From contig CBDFLP010000020.1 in assembly GCA_965249325.1 (NCBI GenBank), positions 321,428 to 385,427 on the forward strand: DNA of 64,000 nucleotides. The letters are read 5' to 3'. This DNA comes from Dehalococcoidia bacterium (GTDB lineage Bacteria; Chloroflexota; Dehalococcoidia; Lucifugimonadales; Australimonadaceae). The first letter of the stretch is position 1, and each line of letters starts with the position of its first letter. Of this stretch, positions 35,461 to 43,899 are shown piece after piece. The translations under genes were made by a program, and so were the position numbers. The notes under the pieces were generated by a model. That model was not told where the DNA came from and ran no database searches. It worked only from the letters and a program-made list of their open reading frames with translations.

Positions 35461-36111
35461 CTATTGGGGAGGGCCGCCTTCTTCCTCCTCCGTTTGCGGG
35501 GGAGGACTGAGTGGGGCGGACTCCCCAAGCCGGCGCTCCGTGCCACGCAGCAGCCTTTGGATGTTGTCCCGGTGCATCCACACCACCAGCGGCCCGCACC
35601 CGAGCGCGAACCATAGGTGCGGCAACGGCAGGTCCAGCGTTGCCGCCGCCACGCCGTAGGCCGCGACCACTCCGATAACCGCGAGGACCGAGCCGAGCGA
35701 GACGTACCGCGTCAGCAGGACGACCGGCGCGAATACTCCGATTCCAACGAGCGCCGTCCATGGCAGCAGCCCGCCCGCCGCGCCCACGCCCGTCGCCACG
35801 CCGCGCCCACCCCTGAAACCGGCAAAGACCGGAAACACATGCCCCACCATCACCGCCGCCGCTGCGCCGGCCTCCACCCACGCGTTCTCCGAGACCGCTC
35901 TTGCTCCCAGGGCGGCGGCAACTCCTTTGCCGCAATCCATGATGAGCACCACCAGCGCGGCCCCCTTGCCCCCCGTGCGCAGCACGTTCGTGACCCCCGT
36001 CTTGCCACTGCCGATGTCGCGCACGTCCATCCCGCGCGTCATGCGGATGAGGAGCAGCCCCGGCTGGATGCTGCCGAGCAGGTAGGCGCCCGGAACGAGG
36101 AGCCAGTCCAT
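35461..36111 (-). CDS. plsY: Glycerol-3-phosphate acyltransferase PlsY
   Basis: GSIQPGLLLIRM..DIGSGKTGVTNVLRTGGK.. The C-terminal tail is encoded by a REP-like module. Confidence 0.9.
   Translation of the reverse strand: MDWLLVPGAYLLGSIQPGLLLIRMTRGMDVRDIGSGKTGVTNVLRTGGKGAALVVLIMDCGKGVAAALGARAVSENAWVEAGAAAAVMVGHVFPVFAGFRGGRGVATGVGAAGGLLPWTALVGIGVFAPVVLLTRYVSLGSVLAVIGVVAAYGVAAATLDLPLPHLWFALGCGPLVVWMHRDNIQRLLRGTERRLGESAPLSPPPQTEEEEGGPPQ
35470..35510 (-). repeat. REP-like module forming the plsY C-terminal tail
   Basis: The rc reads CTCAGTCCTCCCCCGCAAACGGAGGAGGAAGAAGG (..LSPPPQTEEEEGG), near-identical to 63316-63348 CTCAGTCCTCCCCCGCAGACGGGGGAGGAGGAA. Confidence 0.8.
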
Positions 36112-36114
36112 TGC

Positions 36115-37584
36115 CTACCGCCCGCCTCGCGTGGCTGGCTTGCGTCCCTTGGCGCCGGCTTGACCTGAGCCGGACCGGCTGGTGTTCCGCGCTCTCGCGG
36201 TCGCCTTGGAGCGGTTGTCCCCGATGACGTGTGTCCCGCCCTTACCGCGGAACTCGATCTTCATTGGCACGCCGTCGTATCCGAACGCTTCCCGCACGGT
36301 GTTCGCCAGGTACCGCTCGTACGAGAAATGGATGCGTCCGGTGTTATTCACGAAGAACACGAAGGTGGGCGGCCGCACCGCGTCCTGTTTGACCCGGTAG
36401 AGCTTCAGCGACCCTTTCGCCCCGCCTGACGGCGGCAGATGCCGGGACACCGCATCCATCACCGCCCGTGTGAGCTGCGGACCGTCCACCCACTCGGTCC
36501 GTTTCTCGTAGAGCGCGAACGCGGTCTGGAGCAGGTTCTCTATCCCCTCGCCCTCGGTGGCGGAGGTGAATACGATCGGCACGCCAGGCATGAACCGCAT
36601 CCGCGCCCGCACCATGTTCGTGAAGCGCCTTGTCTCGCGGCGTTGGTCGAGCGTCTCGACGAGGTCCCACTTGTTAACGGCGACCACCAGCGACTTGAAC
36701 GCGTCCGCCGCCTGACCCGCGATATGCAGGTCTTGGTCGGTGGCCGGCTGCGTTGCGTCCATCACGACAACCACCACGTCGCATCGGTGGACTGCCGTCG
36801 CCGCGCGCATCACGCTGAACTTCTCGATGCCCGGCTGCACCGCTCCTCGCCGCCGGATGCCCGCCGTATCTATGAGCAGCGCCGGAGCGCCTTGGAACTC
36901 GAACGCCGAGTCCAGCGCGTCCCGCGTTGTGCCTGGCGTCGCGCTCACGATTGAGCGCTCCTGGCCCAGGACTGCATTCGCCAGCGCCGACTTCCCCACG
37001 TTCGGACGGCCAATGATGGCGATGCGCGGCATGTCGGGCGCCGGAGTCGCGTCGTCCGTTGGTGGAAGGACTTCGAAGAGCGCGTCCAGCAGGTCTCCGA
37101 GACCGCGGCGGTGCAGCGCACTCACCGGAATGGGCTCGCCCAATCCGAGCGCGTAAGCGTCGGCGGACATCGACTCTTGGTTAGGGTTGTCCGCCTTATT
37201 CACCGCCAGCACGACCGGTTTGCGCGCCTGCCGCAACCGCTGCGCCGCTGCTTCGTCGGCATAGCTTGGGCCGCTCCGGACGTCAGTGACGAACAGCACC
37301 GCATCCGCAATCTCCAGGGCCGCGTCCACCTGAGCCGTGATGTGCGCTTCCATCTCTGTCTCAGGCTCCGGGACCAGTCCGCCCGTGTCCGCCAGCAGAA
37401 AATGGTGACCCTCGAACTCCGCCTCGGCGATCATCCGGTCCCGCGTCGTTCCCGACTCCTCCGCAACGATTGCTGACCGCCGTCCTTGTATCGCGTTGAA
37501 CAGGCTCGACTTGCCAACGTTCGGACGTCCCACGATAGCGACGAGCGGCTTGGCGGATGGCGCTGGGGTTCCCTGGCCGGTCAT
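36115..37584 (-). CDS. der: Ribosome-associated GTPase Der/EngA
   Basis: Two G domains (GRPNVGKSSLFN, GRPNVGKSALAN) plus a KH-like C-terminus and a basic tail. Confidence 0.93.
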   Translation of the reverse strand: MTGQGTPAPSAKPLVAIVGRPNVGKSSLFNAIQGRRSAIVAEESGTTRDRMIAEAEFEGHHFLLADTGGLVPEPETEMEAHITAQVDAALEIADAVLFVTDVRSGPSYADEAAAQRLRQARKPVVLAVNKADNPNQESMSADAYALGLGEPIPVSALHRRGLGDLLDALFEVLPPTDDATPAPDMPRIAIIGRPNVGKSALANAVLGQERSIVSATPGTTRDALDSAFEFQGAPALLIDTAGIRRRGAVQPGIEKFSVMRAATAVHRCDVVVVVMDATQPATDQDLHIAGQAADAFKSLVVAVNKWDLVETLDQRRETRRFTNMVRARMRFMPGVPIVFTSATEGEGIENLLQTAFALYEKRTEWVDGPQLTRAVMDAVSRHLPPSGGAKGSLKLYRVKQDAVRPPTFVFFVNNTGRIHFSYERYLANTVREAFGYDGVPMKIEFRGKGGTHVIGDNRSKATARARNTSRSGSGQAGAKGRKPATRGGR

Positions 37585-37590
37585 CGTCTG

Positions 37591-38505
37591 TTACTCCCCT
37601 AAGACCAGCAGGCGGAGCACCGCCTTCTGGGCGTGCAGGCGGTTCTCTGCTTCGTCGTAGGCCGCCGACTGCGGATGATCGAGCATTCCCGGCGCCATCT
37701 CCTCCCCGTAATGCACCGGCATCGGGTGCATCAGCAGCGCTCCGGGGTTGGCCAGCGACACCAGCCGCTCATCGACCTGGAAGCCTTGGAACGCCGCCCT
37801 GCGCTGCGCAGACTCGGACTCCTGCCCCATGCTCGTCCACACGTCAGTGTAGATGACGTCAGCGCTGGCCGCCGCCTCGTCCGGCGCCTGCGTGAACGCC
37901 ACGTCCACGCCGTTCGCCCGCGCCCGCAGCTTGGAGGAGTCCGCATCCGTGAAGCCGTACCCCCCCGGCGACGCGGTGGAGAAGCTCGCTCCCAGCGCGA
38001 CAGCCCCAAGGCCCAGGCTCAGGGCGCAATTGTTCGCGTCCCCAACGTAGGCGACCTTCAGCCCCTCGACGCGGCCCTTGTGCTGCCGCACCGTCAGGAG
38101 GTCCGCAACCGCCTGGCACGGATGTTCCACGTCAGATAAGGCGTTCACCACCGGCACGGACGACGATGCGGCGAGCCGCTCCAGCGTGCTGTGCGCCATG
38201 ACGCGCGCCACGATGACCGAGGCCCATCGCTCCAGTACTCGCGCCACGTCCTCCACTGGCTCGCGCGTATCGAGTCCGACCTCGTCAGCGCCCAGATAGA
38301 CTGCGTGCCCTCCGAGCTCGTAGACCGCGATGTCGAACGACACCTTGGTGCGCAGCGAGGGCTTCTCGAAAAGCATCGCGACCGAACGCCCGCTCAGGGG
38401 CTGCGCATCGACGCCTCGCTTCGAGTACGCGTCCCCCTGCTCCAGAAGCCAGGCGAGCTCCGCATTCGATACGTCGTCAATTGAAAGGAAATCTGCCGGC
38501 GCCAT
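37591..38505 (-). CDS. Ornithine-carbamoyltransferase-like protein with non-canonical signature motifs
   Basis: MLFEKPSLRTKVSF (canonical STRTR), HPCQAVADL, TDVWTSMGQE, LMHPMPVHYGEE (canonical HCLP). Confidence 0.75.
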   Translation of the reverse strand: MAPADFLSIDDVSNAELAWLLEQGDAYSKRGVDAQPLSGRSVAMLFEKPSLRTKVSFDIAVYELGGHAVYLGADEVGLDTREPVEDVARVLERWASVIVARVMAHSTLERLAASSSVPVVNALSDVEHPCQAVADLLTVRQHKGRVEGLKVAYVGDANNCALSLGLGAVALGASFSTASPGGYGFTDADSSKLRARANGVDVAFTQAPDEAAASADVIYTDVWTSMGQESESAQRRAAFQGFQVDERLVSLANPGALLMHPMPVHYGEEMAPGMLDHPQSAAYDEAENRLHAQKAVLRLLVLGE

Positions 38506-38679
38506 GCCCTCTCCTCAGTCCTCTCTCAACTGCCCCACTTTCATCGCATATGGCGTGGATGGCCAACATCAAAGGAGTGCTTCGAAATCCCCTCTCCCGT
38601 TCAGGAAGGCGGGGAAGGCGCCTTGCCGAGCCTCTCCGTTCGCGGCTCTTTGCGGGCAGCCGGAGAGGAGGTCGCGTCT

Positions 38680-38892
38680 TTACTCTCGCCGTGGCCCGTT
38701 CAGGTCCGAGATCGTATCCACGTATGCGTCCCAAGCCTCCTCGGCCATCGACTTCGTCGCGCCGATCTCGACTTCGGCCACGCCCTTGCGCACGGCCCCG
38801 TAATAGAGCAGGCTCAACTCGTACCATCGGTCGTACCGCCGCTCCCGCTCCGTCTCCGGAATCATCGTTCCCATGCGGATAGCATATCCCAC
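38680..38892 (-). CDS. Small hypothetical protein (70 aa)
   Basis: GC3-rich codons, same strand as its neighbours. No recognised motif. Confidence 0.4.
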   Translation of the reverse strand: MGYAIRMGTMIPETERERRYDRWYELSLLYYGAVRKGVAEVEIGATKSMAEEAWDAYVDTISDLNGPRRE

Positions 38893-38923
38893 CTCGGAGG
38901 GGAGAGGGATTTAGGAACGTCGC

Positions 38924-39940
38924 CTAGCGGAACTGGCGGAGGAAACGGATGTCGTTCGCAAAGAAGTGCCGCACGTCGTTGATGCCGTACTTCAGCATCG
39001 CGATTCGCTCCGGCCCCATCCCGAACGCGAACCCCGAGTAGACTGATGGGTCGTAGCCGACAGCCCGCAGCACGTTAGGATGCACCATTCCGGCGCCCAT
39101 GATCTCCAGCCAGTCGCCGCGCCACTCGATCGACATGTCGACCCCCGGCTCGACGAATGGGAAGTAATCGCACCGGAACCGCACGCGCGTATCCGGCCCG
39201 AACATCTGCCGCGCGAACTCGTACAGCGTGTGCTTGAGATTGGCGAACGTCACGCCTTTATCGACGGCCAGTCCCTCGATCTGGTGGAACTGCGACTCGT
39301 GGGTCGCGTCCGTCGCCTCGTACCTGTAGCACTTCCCCGGCACGATCACGCGGATCGGCGGCTCGTGCTCCTCCATAACGCGCGCCTGCATCGGCGACGT
39401 ATGAGTCCGTAGCAGGGTGGTGAAACCGCCGTCCGGGTCGCGGTTCGTGTCCAGCCAGAAGGTGTCGAACATGTCGCGGGCAGGATGGTCCTTCGGGATG
39501 TTCAGCACCTCGAAGTTGTACCGGTCCCACTCGACCTCCGGTCCCTCGACCACCTGGAAGCCCATGCCCTTGAATATCTCGCAGATTTCGCGGATAACAA
39601 TAGTCGATGGGTGGTAGCGTCCAAGGAGCGCCGGCTTGCCCGGAAGCGTGATATCGATTGCGTCCTCCGCGAGCGACTCCATCCGCGCCGCCTCGATTGC
39701 GGCTCGCCGGGCGGTCATCCGCTCTTCCAACAGCGCCTTGGCCGCGTTCCCCGCTGCGCCCACTGCCCGGCGCTCCTCGGGGGGCAGCTGGGCCACGCCG
39801 CGCAGGACCTGCGTGAGCCGTCCGGAGCGCCCCAGGTGCTCCACCCGCCACGCGTCGAGGTCCTCCGTCGAGCCGGCCTGTTCGAGCGCGTCGAGCGCGT
39901 CGTCGCGAAGCGCGGCGATGTCAATGGGAGAAGTGGTCAT
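38924..39940 (-). CDS. pheS: Phenylalanine--tRNA ligase alpha subunit
   Basis: HPARDMFDTFW, class II motifs ..FRCDYFPFVEPG.., GFAFGMGPERIAMLKYGI. Confidence 0.95.
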   Translation of the reverse strand: MTTSPIDIAALRDDALDALEQAGSTEDLDAWRVEHLGRSGRLTQVLRGVAQLPPEERRAVGAAGNAAKALLEERMTARRAAIEAARMESLAEDAIDITLPGKPALLGRYHPSTIVIREICEIFKGMGFQVVEGPEVEWDRYNFEVLNIPKDHPARDMFDTFWLDTNRDPDGGFTTLLRTHTSPMQARVMEEHEPPIRVIVPGKCYRYEATDATHESQFHQIEGLAVDKGVTFANLKHTLYEFARQMFGPDTRVRFRCDYFPFVEPGVDMSIEWRGDWLEIMGAGMVHPNVLRAVGYDPSVYSGFAFGMGPERIAMLKYGINDVRHFFANDIRFLRQFR

Positions 39941-40127
39941 GGGGCTTTAGTATACAGGAGACGAGCGGGGCGTTCGTCGAGAGCGGTTCGTTGGGAGCTT
40001 AGGCGCGGATGCGTAGACGTGGTAGCCTTAAACGCCGCGAAACTTACTTGTTGGTCTGCCCCATGAGCGCTACCGCCAGGGAGCGCTGTGGGCAAGGACA
40101 ATCGTACCTGTCCAAGGAGACACTAGC

Positions 40128-40586
40128 GTGGAAGAGCGCTACTCCATCGAATCGTTCCTCGGAGAACTCCCGAGCGAGGACGTGCGAAACGCGGCCGTTC
40201 GGCTGTTGGGCGTAGCCCTGCATTACGGGGCTGATTTGAGATGGGAGCCGAGCGGAGTCAGCATCCGGATCAGGGCTTCCCGTTCAAACTTCCCCGTCGC
40301 GGTGGCTTGGCTATGCCCGCCGTCGGCCCCTCCCGATGAAGACTTGGAAAGGATCAAGTTGTTCTCATTCGGAGCGAGTGTCTTTGAAGGGTACGGGCTA
40401 TCGCCCTCAACCCCTCTATACCAGTTTCTCGACCAGTGGGCGGCCCAGTTCGCCGGCTTTGGGTTCGAAGACGTCTCCGGCGATGGAGTCAAGGCGTGGG
40501 CCGTCGGCTACGATGAGGCCGTGGAGCATATCGACATGCTATCGGACAAGCTCGCCGCGGCGCTCTTCCGGCTGCGGATGCTGTGA
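40128..40586 (+). CDS. Hypothetical protein
   Basis: 152-aa ORF with a GTG start and visibly more A/T-ending codons than its neighbours. No recognised motif. Confidence 0.4.
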   Translation: MEERYSIESFLGELPSEDVRNAAVRLLGVALHYGADLRWEPSGVSIRIRASRSNFPVAVAWLCPPSAPPDEDLERIKLFSFGASVFEGYGLSPSTPLYQFLDQWAAQFAGFGFEDVSGDGVKAWAVGYDEAVEHIDMLSDKLAAALFRLRML

Positions 40587-40641
40587 GCAGGGGACTGGAA
40601 TAGGGAACGAGCTGCTGTCCCGAATGACGCCGGATGAAGAA

Positions 40642-40671
40642 GAAGCCCCCGCGATTCCTCGCGGGGGCTTC
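40642..40671. terminator. Perfect 13-bp-stem hairpin between convergent genes
   Basis: GAAGCCCCCGCGA-ttcc-TCGCGGGGGCTTC. Confidence 0.65.
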
Positions 40672-40717
40672 TCCCGTCGGCGGTGCGTCCTTCGACAAGC
40701 TTAGGACGGACCGATGG

Positions 40718-41179
40718 TTACGCGGCTGGCGCGGGGTCCGGCGCGGGCGCCTCGTCAGCGACGTGCAGGCTGAGGCGCTTCGCCTTCTTGCTCTCGGCCT
40801 TGGGGAACCGGACCGTCACGACGCCGTGCTCGTACGAGGACGCCGCCTTGTCCGCGTCCACGCTCTCCGGTAGGCGGACAGAGCGGCGGAAGGAGCCGGT
40901 GCGGCGCTCGCGTAGCAGGTAGCCGTCCTCCTGACGCTCCCCCTCCGACGCCGTCTGCCCCTCGAGGGTGAGTACGCCGTCCTCGATGGTGATGCCGATG
41001 TCGGAGGGCGGGACGCCGGGGAGTGCGCCCTTGATGACGAGGTCCTCGCCGTCCCTCTCAACGTCGAGCGGGATCGACCAGCCGCCGGCGTAGGAGTAGT
41101 GATAGGGGACGCCGAAGCGTCGGTGCATGTGCTCAAACCTGAGCAGGTCTCGGAATGGGGTCCAACGTTCGATGGCCAT
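40718..41179 (-). CDS. Small heat-shock protein (Hsp20/alpha-crystallin)
   Basis: PLDVERDGEDLVIKGALPGV..GVLTLEGQ..GSFRRSVRLPESVD..YEHGVVTVRFPK. Confidence 0.9.
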   Translation of the reverse strand: MAIERWTPFRDLLRFEHMHRRFGVPYHYSYAGGWSIPLDVERDGEDLVIKGALPGVPPSDIGITIEDGVLTLEGQTASEGERQEDGYLLRERRTGSFRRSVRLPESVDADKAASSYEHGVVTVRFPKAESKKAKRLSLHVADEAPAPDPAPAA

Positions 41180-41229
41180 GGGAGTGCCTCCTTACCCGTC
41201 TGCGCCGCCTCCGTCGCGGCTCTCTTTTC

Positions 41230-41290
41230 TTGATACGAACTGTATCAATGAATGGAGGCTATGTCAATAGGTCTGCTACGATTCGTATCA
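41230..41290 (-). promoter_or_regulatory. Candidate hsp20 promoter overlapped by GATAC-type inverted repeats (putative repressor operator)
   Basis: On the minus strand: TTGACA (rc of 41262-41267), 17 nt, TACAGT (rc of 41239-41244). TTGATAC-gaact-GTATCAA at 41230-41248 overlaps the -10. TGATACGAA (41231-41239) and TTCGTATCA (41282-41290) form a 9-bp inverted repeat. Confidence 0.55.
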
Positions 41291-41338
41291 GCTACATGCT
41301 TATTCCCTAGCAGTCTGGCGTGAGGTCTCAACCCTTTC

Positions 41339-42115
41339 CTACCCGCGCCGGTCTGTGTTGAGGTAGTAACGCCGCGAGACTTCCAGAAAGCCGAGCTTGG
41401 CGGCTATGCGCAAGGACGCCGCGTTGTCCTCGCCGGCGCTCCATACGGGAATCCGGCCTCGCTCTCGGATCAGGCGCGCTACTATGTTCCCACAGGCGGA
41501 GGCGAACCCCTTGCCGCGCCAGGACTCATCGGTGGCCACCCCAATATCGCCGTGCTTTGCCGTCAAGGCATTGGTGTGCGCCAAGGCCACGAGCCCGCCC
41601 TCCACTACAGCGCCGGCCGCCGCGCCATTCGTCAGCAGGTCCTCGAACGTTACGAAGCTCATGCCCTGCGCGCTTCTCCGGTATGCAGCCAGTAGGTCCA
41701 CGTCTTCCAACTCCAGCTGGCGGACCTCGGGAACAGCGAATTCGGCAACATCGCCGGTCAGCGTGTGGTATACGTCGCCGTAGCGCCGAACGTGGACGCC
41801 TGCGTCTTGCTCCATGAGCGCGGCCAGTGGACCGGCCAAGTCGGCGGATGCGTTCGGCGACATACCCGGCTGTCGCCAGTCATTGAGCGGACGCAGCAGC
41901 TCCCATATGGCCGATGGGTCCGTCCCGAAGCACCAAGGCTCCCGCCGCAGTAAATGCGATTGGACGACCATACCGTCGAGTCGCCCCGAAGCGTCGGCTG
42001 CATATGCGTCCGCGAGACCCCGACGCAGGAGATGGTTCGCAATAGCGGTTTCCGGCGTATCCCCTAGAGCGTCGGCAAGGAGGTCGCGTTGCTCTTGTGT
42101 CTGTAACAGGCCCAT
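41339..42115 (-). CDS. GNAT-family N-acetyltransferase
   Basis: The C-terminal region ..VATDESWRGKGFASACGNIVARL..NAASLRIAAKLGF.. matches the acetyl-CoA-binding motif A style. Confidence 0.7.
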   Translation of the reverse strand: MGLLQTQEQRDLLADALGDTPETAIANHLLRRGLADAYAADASGRLDGMVVQSHLLRREPWCFGTDPSAIWELLRPLNDWRQPGMSPNASADLAGPLAALMEQDAGVHVRRYGDVYHTLTGDVAEFAVPEVRQLELEDVDLLAAYRRSAQGMSFVTFEDLLTNGAAAGAVVEGGLVALAHTNALTAKHGDIGVATDESWRGKGFASACGNIVARLIRERGRIPVWSAGEDNAASLRIAAKLGFLEVSRRYYLNTDRRG

Positions 42116-42256
42116 TGCCCTCCTCAGTCGGCCGGCGTTCGCGGCGTAGCCGAGCGCCGAGGGGAATCATGACGACTCGGCGGGGCGAGCATACTACCGA
42201 GCACCCGTGGGCGCGCGCCCGCGTTGGTGCGGGTCTCCCGGTGTTAGAATCGGCTT

Positions 42257-42874
42257 ATGGCGCACTCGCCGCTGCTCATCGCCACCCATAACCCCCACAA
42301 GGTCGCCGAGTTCCGCAGGCTCCTCGGCGGCGTTGGGCTCGACTTGGTTACGCCCGCCGACCTCAGCCTCGATCTCGAGGTCGAGGAGACCGGCCAGACC
42401 TTTGAGGAGAACGCTCGCATCAAGGCCCGCGCCTTTTGCGCCGCGAGCGGCCTCTCCTCCCTTGCCGACGACTCCGGCATCGAGGTTGACGCCCTGGACG
42501 GACGTCCCGGCGTGCGTTCAGCGCGCTACGGCGGCGACGGCCTCGACGACGCCGGCCGCGTGAGCCTCCTGCTCGCCGAGCTTGGCGGCGTGCCCCAAGA
42601 CCAACGCTCGTGCCGCTACCGCGTCGTCCTCGTCCTTGCCTGGCCCGACGGGCACGAGGAGACGGCCGAGGGCGCGTGCGAGGGCAGGGTGGCCTTTGAG
42701 CCCGTCGGCGACAATGGCTTCGGCTACGACCCCGTCTTCCACGTCCCGGCCTATGGCAAGACCGTTGCGCAGCTCGGCGCCGACGAGAAGGACGCCATTA
42801 GCCATCGCGGTCAGGCCGCCCGCCGAATGGCCGCCCTCCTGACCGGCGCCGCTCTCGCCGAGGCGGCATCGTGA
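42257..42874 (+). CDS. rdgB: Non-canonical purine NTP pyrophosphatase (RdgB/HAM1)
   Basis: LLIATHNPHKVAEFRRLL..ADDSGIEVDALDGRPGVRSARY..GFGYDPVF..ISHRG. Confidence 0.9.
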   Translation: MAHSPLLIATHNPHKVAEFRRLLGGVGLDLVTPADLSLDLEVEETGQTFEENARIKARAFCAASGLSSLADDSGIEVDALDGRPGVRSARYGGDGLDDAGRVSLLLAELGGVPQDQRSCRYRVVLVLAWPDGHEETAEGACEGRVAFEPVGDNGFGYDPVFHVPAYGKTVAQLGADEKDAISHRGQAARRMAALLTGAALAEAAS

Positions 42875-43899
42875 CCGCGCAGCTGACCGACACGCTCGGT
42901 AGGCCGGTTCACGACCTCCGCATTTCCGTGACCGACCGCTGCAACTTCCGTTGCACGTACTGCATGCCCGCCGAGATATTCGGCGAGCGCTACCACTTCC
43001 TCCCCCGCGAGGCCATCCTCTCCTACGAGGAGATTGCCCGTCTCACCGGCTTATTCGTCGGTCTTGGCGTGACCAAGGTCCGCATCACCGGCGGCGAGCC
43101 CCTCGTCCGGCGGGACCTGGAAGAGCTCGTCGCGATGCTCGCCGAGATGGACGGCATCGACGACTTGACCCTCACCACCAACGGCTACCTGCTGGCCGAG
43201 CAGGCCCAAGCCCTGCGCGACGCAGGCCTACGACGCGTCACCGTGAGCCTCGACACCCTCGACCCCGAGATATTCGGCATGATGAACGGTAGAGGTTACT
43301 CGCCCGATGCCGTCTTGGAAGGCATCGCTACGGCCGAGCGGGTGGGACTCGGCCCCATCAAGCTCAACGCCGTCGTCGAGCGGGGAGTCAACGACCACAC
43401 CGTCATGGACATGGTCCGCCACTTCAAAGGCTCAGGCCAAATCCTCCGCTTCATCGAGTACATGGACGTCGGCAACATCAACGGCTGGCGCCGCGACCAA
43501 GTGGTCCCGTCCGCCGAGCTCGTCGAACAGGTCAACGCCGTATACCCCATCGAGCCCCTCGCGCCCAATTACCGGGGCGAGGTCGCCGAACGATGGCGTT
43601 TCATCGACGGCGACGGCGAGATCGGCTTCATCTCATCCGTCACCCAGCCTTTCTGCGGAGACTGCACCCGCGTGCGGCTCTCCCCCGAAGGCCAGGTGCT
43701 GACGTGCCTCTTCGCCTCGTCCGGCGTCGACCTCCTCACGCCCCTCCGCGACGGCGAAACGGACGCTCAGATCCAAGACCGCATCGCCAATATCTGGCGC
43801 GCCCGCACAGACCGCTACTCCGAGCTCCGCGCCGCCCTGCGTCGCCCCGGACACGAGACCCCCGCCCGCAAAATCGAGATGTACCAGATAGGCGGATGA
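42871..43899 (+). CDS. moaA: GTP 3',8-cyclase (radical SAM)
   Basis: [19 protein letters not shown]-terminal [18 protein letters not shown] overlap with rdgB. Confidence 0.95.
   Translation: MTAQLTDTLGRPVHDLRISVTDRCNFRCTYCMPAEIFGERYHFLPREAILSYEEIARLTGLFVGLGVTKVRITGGEPLVRRDLEELVAMLAEMDGIDDLTLTTNGYLLAEQAQALRDAGLRRVTVSLDTLDPEIFGMMNGRGYSPDAVLEGIATAERVGLGPIKLNAVVERGVNDHTVMDMVRHFKGSGQILRFIEYMDVGNINGWRRDQVVPSAELVEQVNAVYPIEPLAPNYRGEVAERWRFIDGDGEIGFISSVTQPFCGDCTRVRLSPEGQVLTCLFASSGVDLLTPLRDGETDAQIQDRIANIWRARTDRYSELRAALRRPGHETPARKIEMYQIGG

Noticed and set aside
35306-35935. 209-aa Arg/Gly-rich minus ORF
   Set aside because: It is an alternative frame of plsY, whose own frame carries the conserved PlsY motifs.
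39941-40127. T-box or attenuator leader upstream of pheS
   Set aside because: I could find no T-box consensus (AGGGTGGTACCGCG-like) and no specifier/antiterminator architecture by eye.
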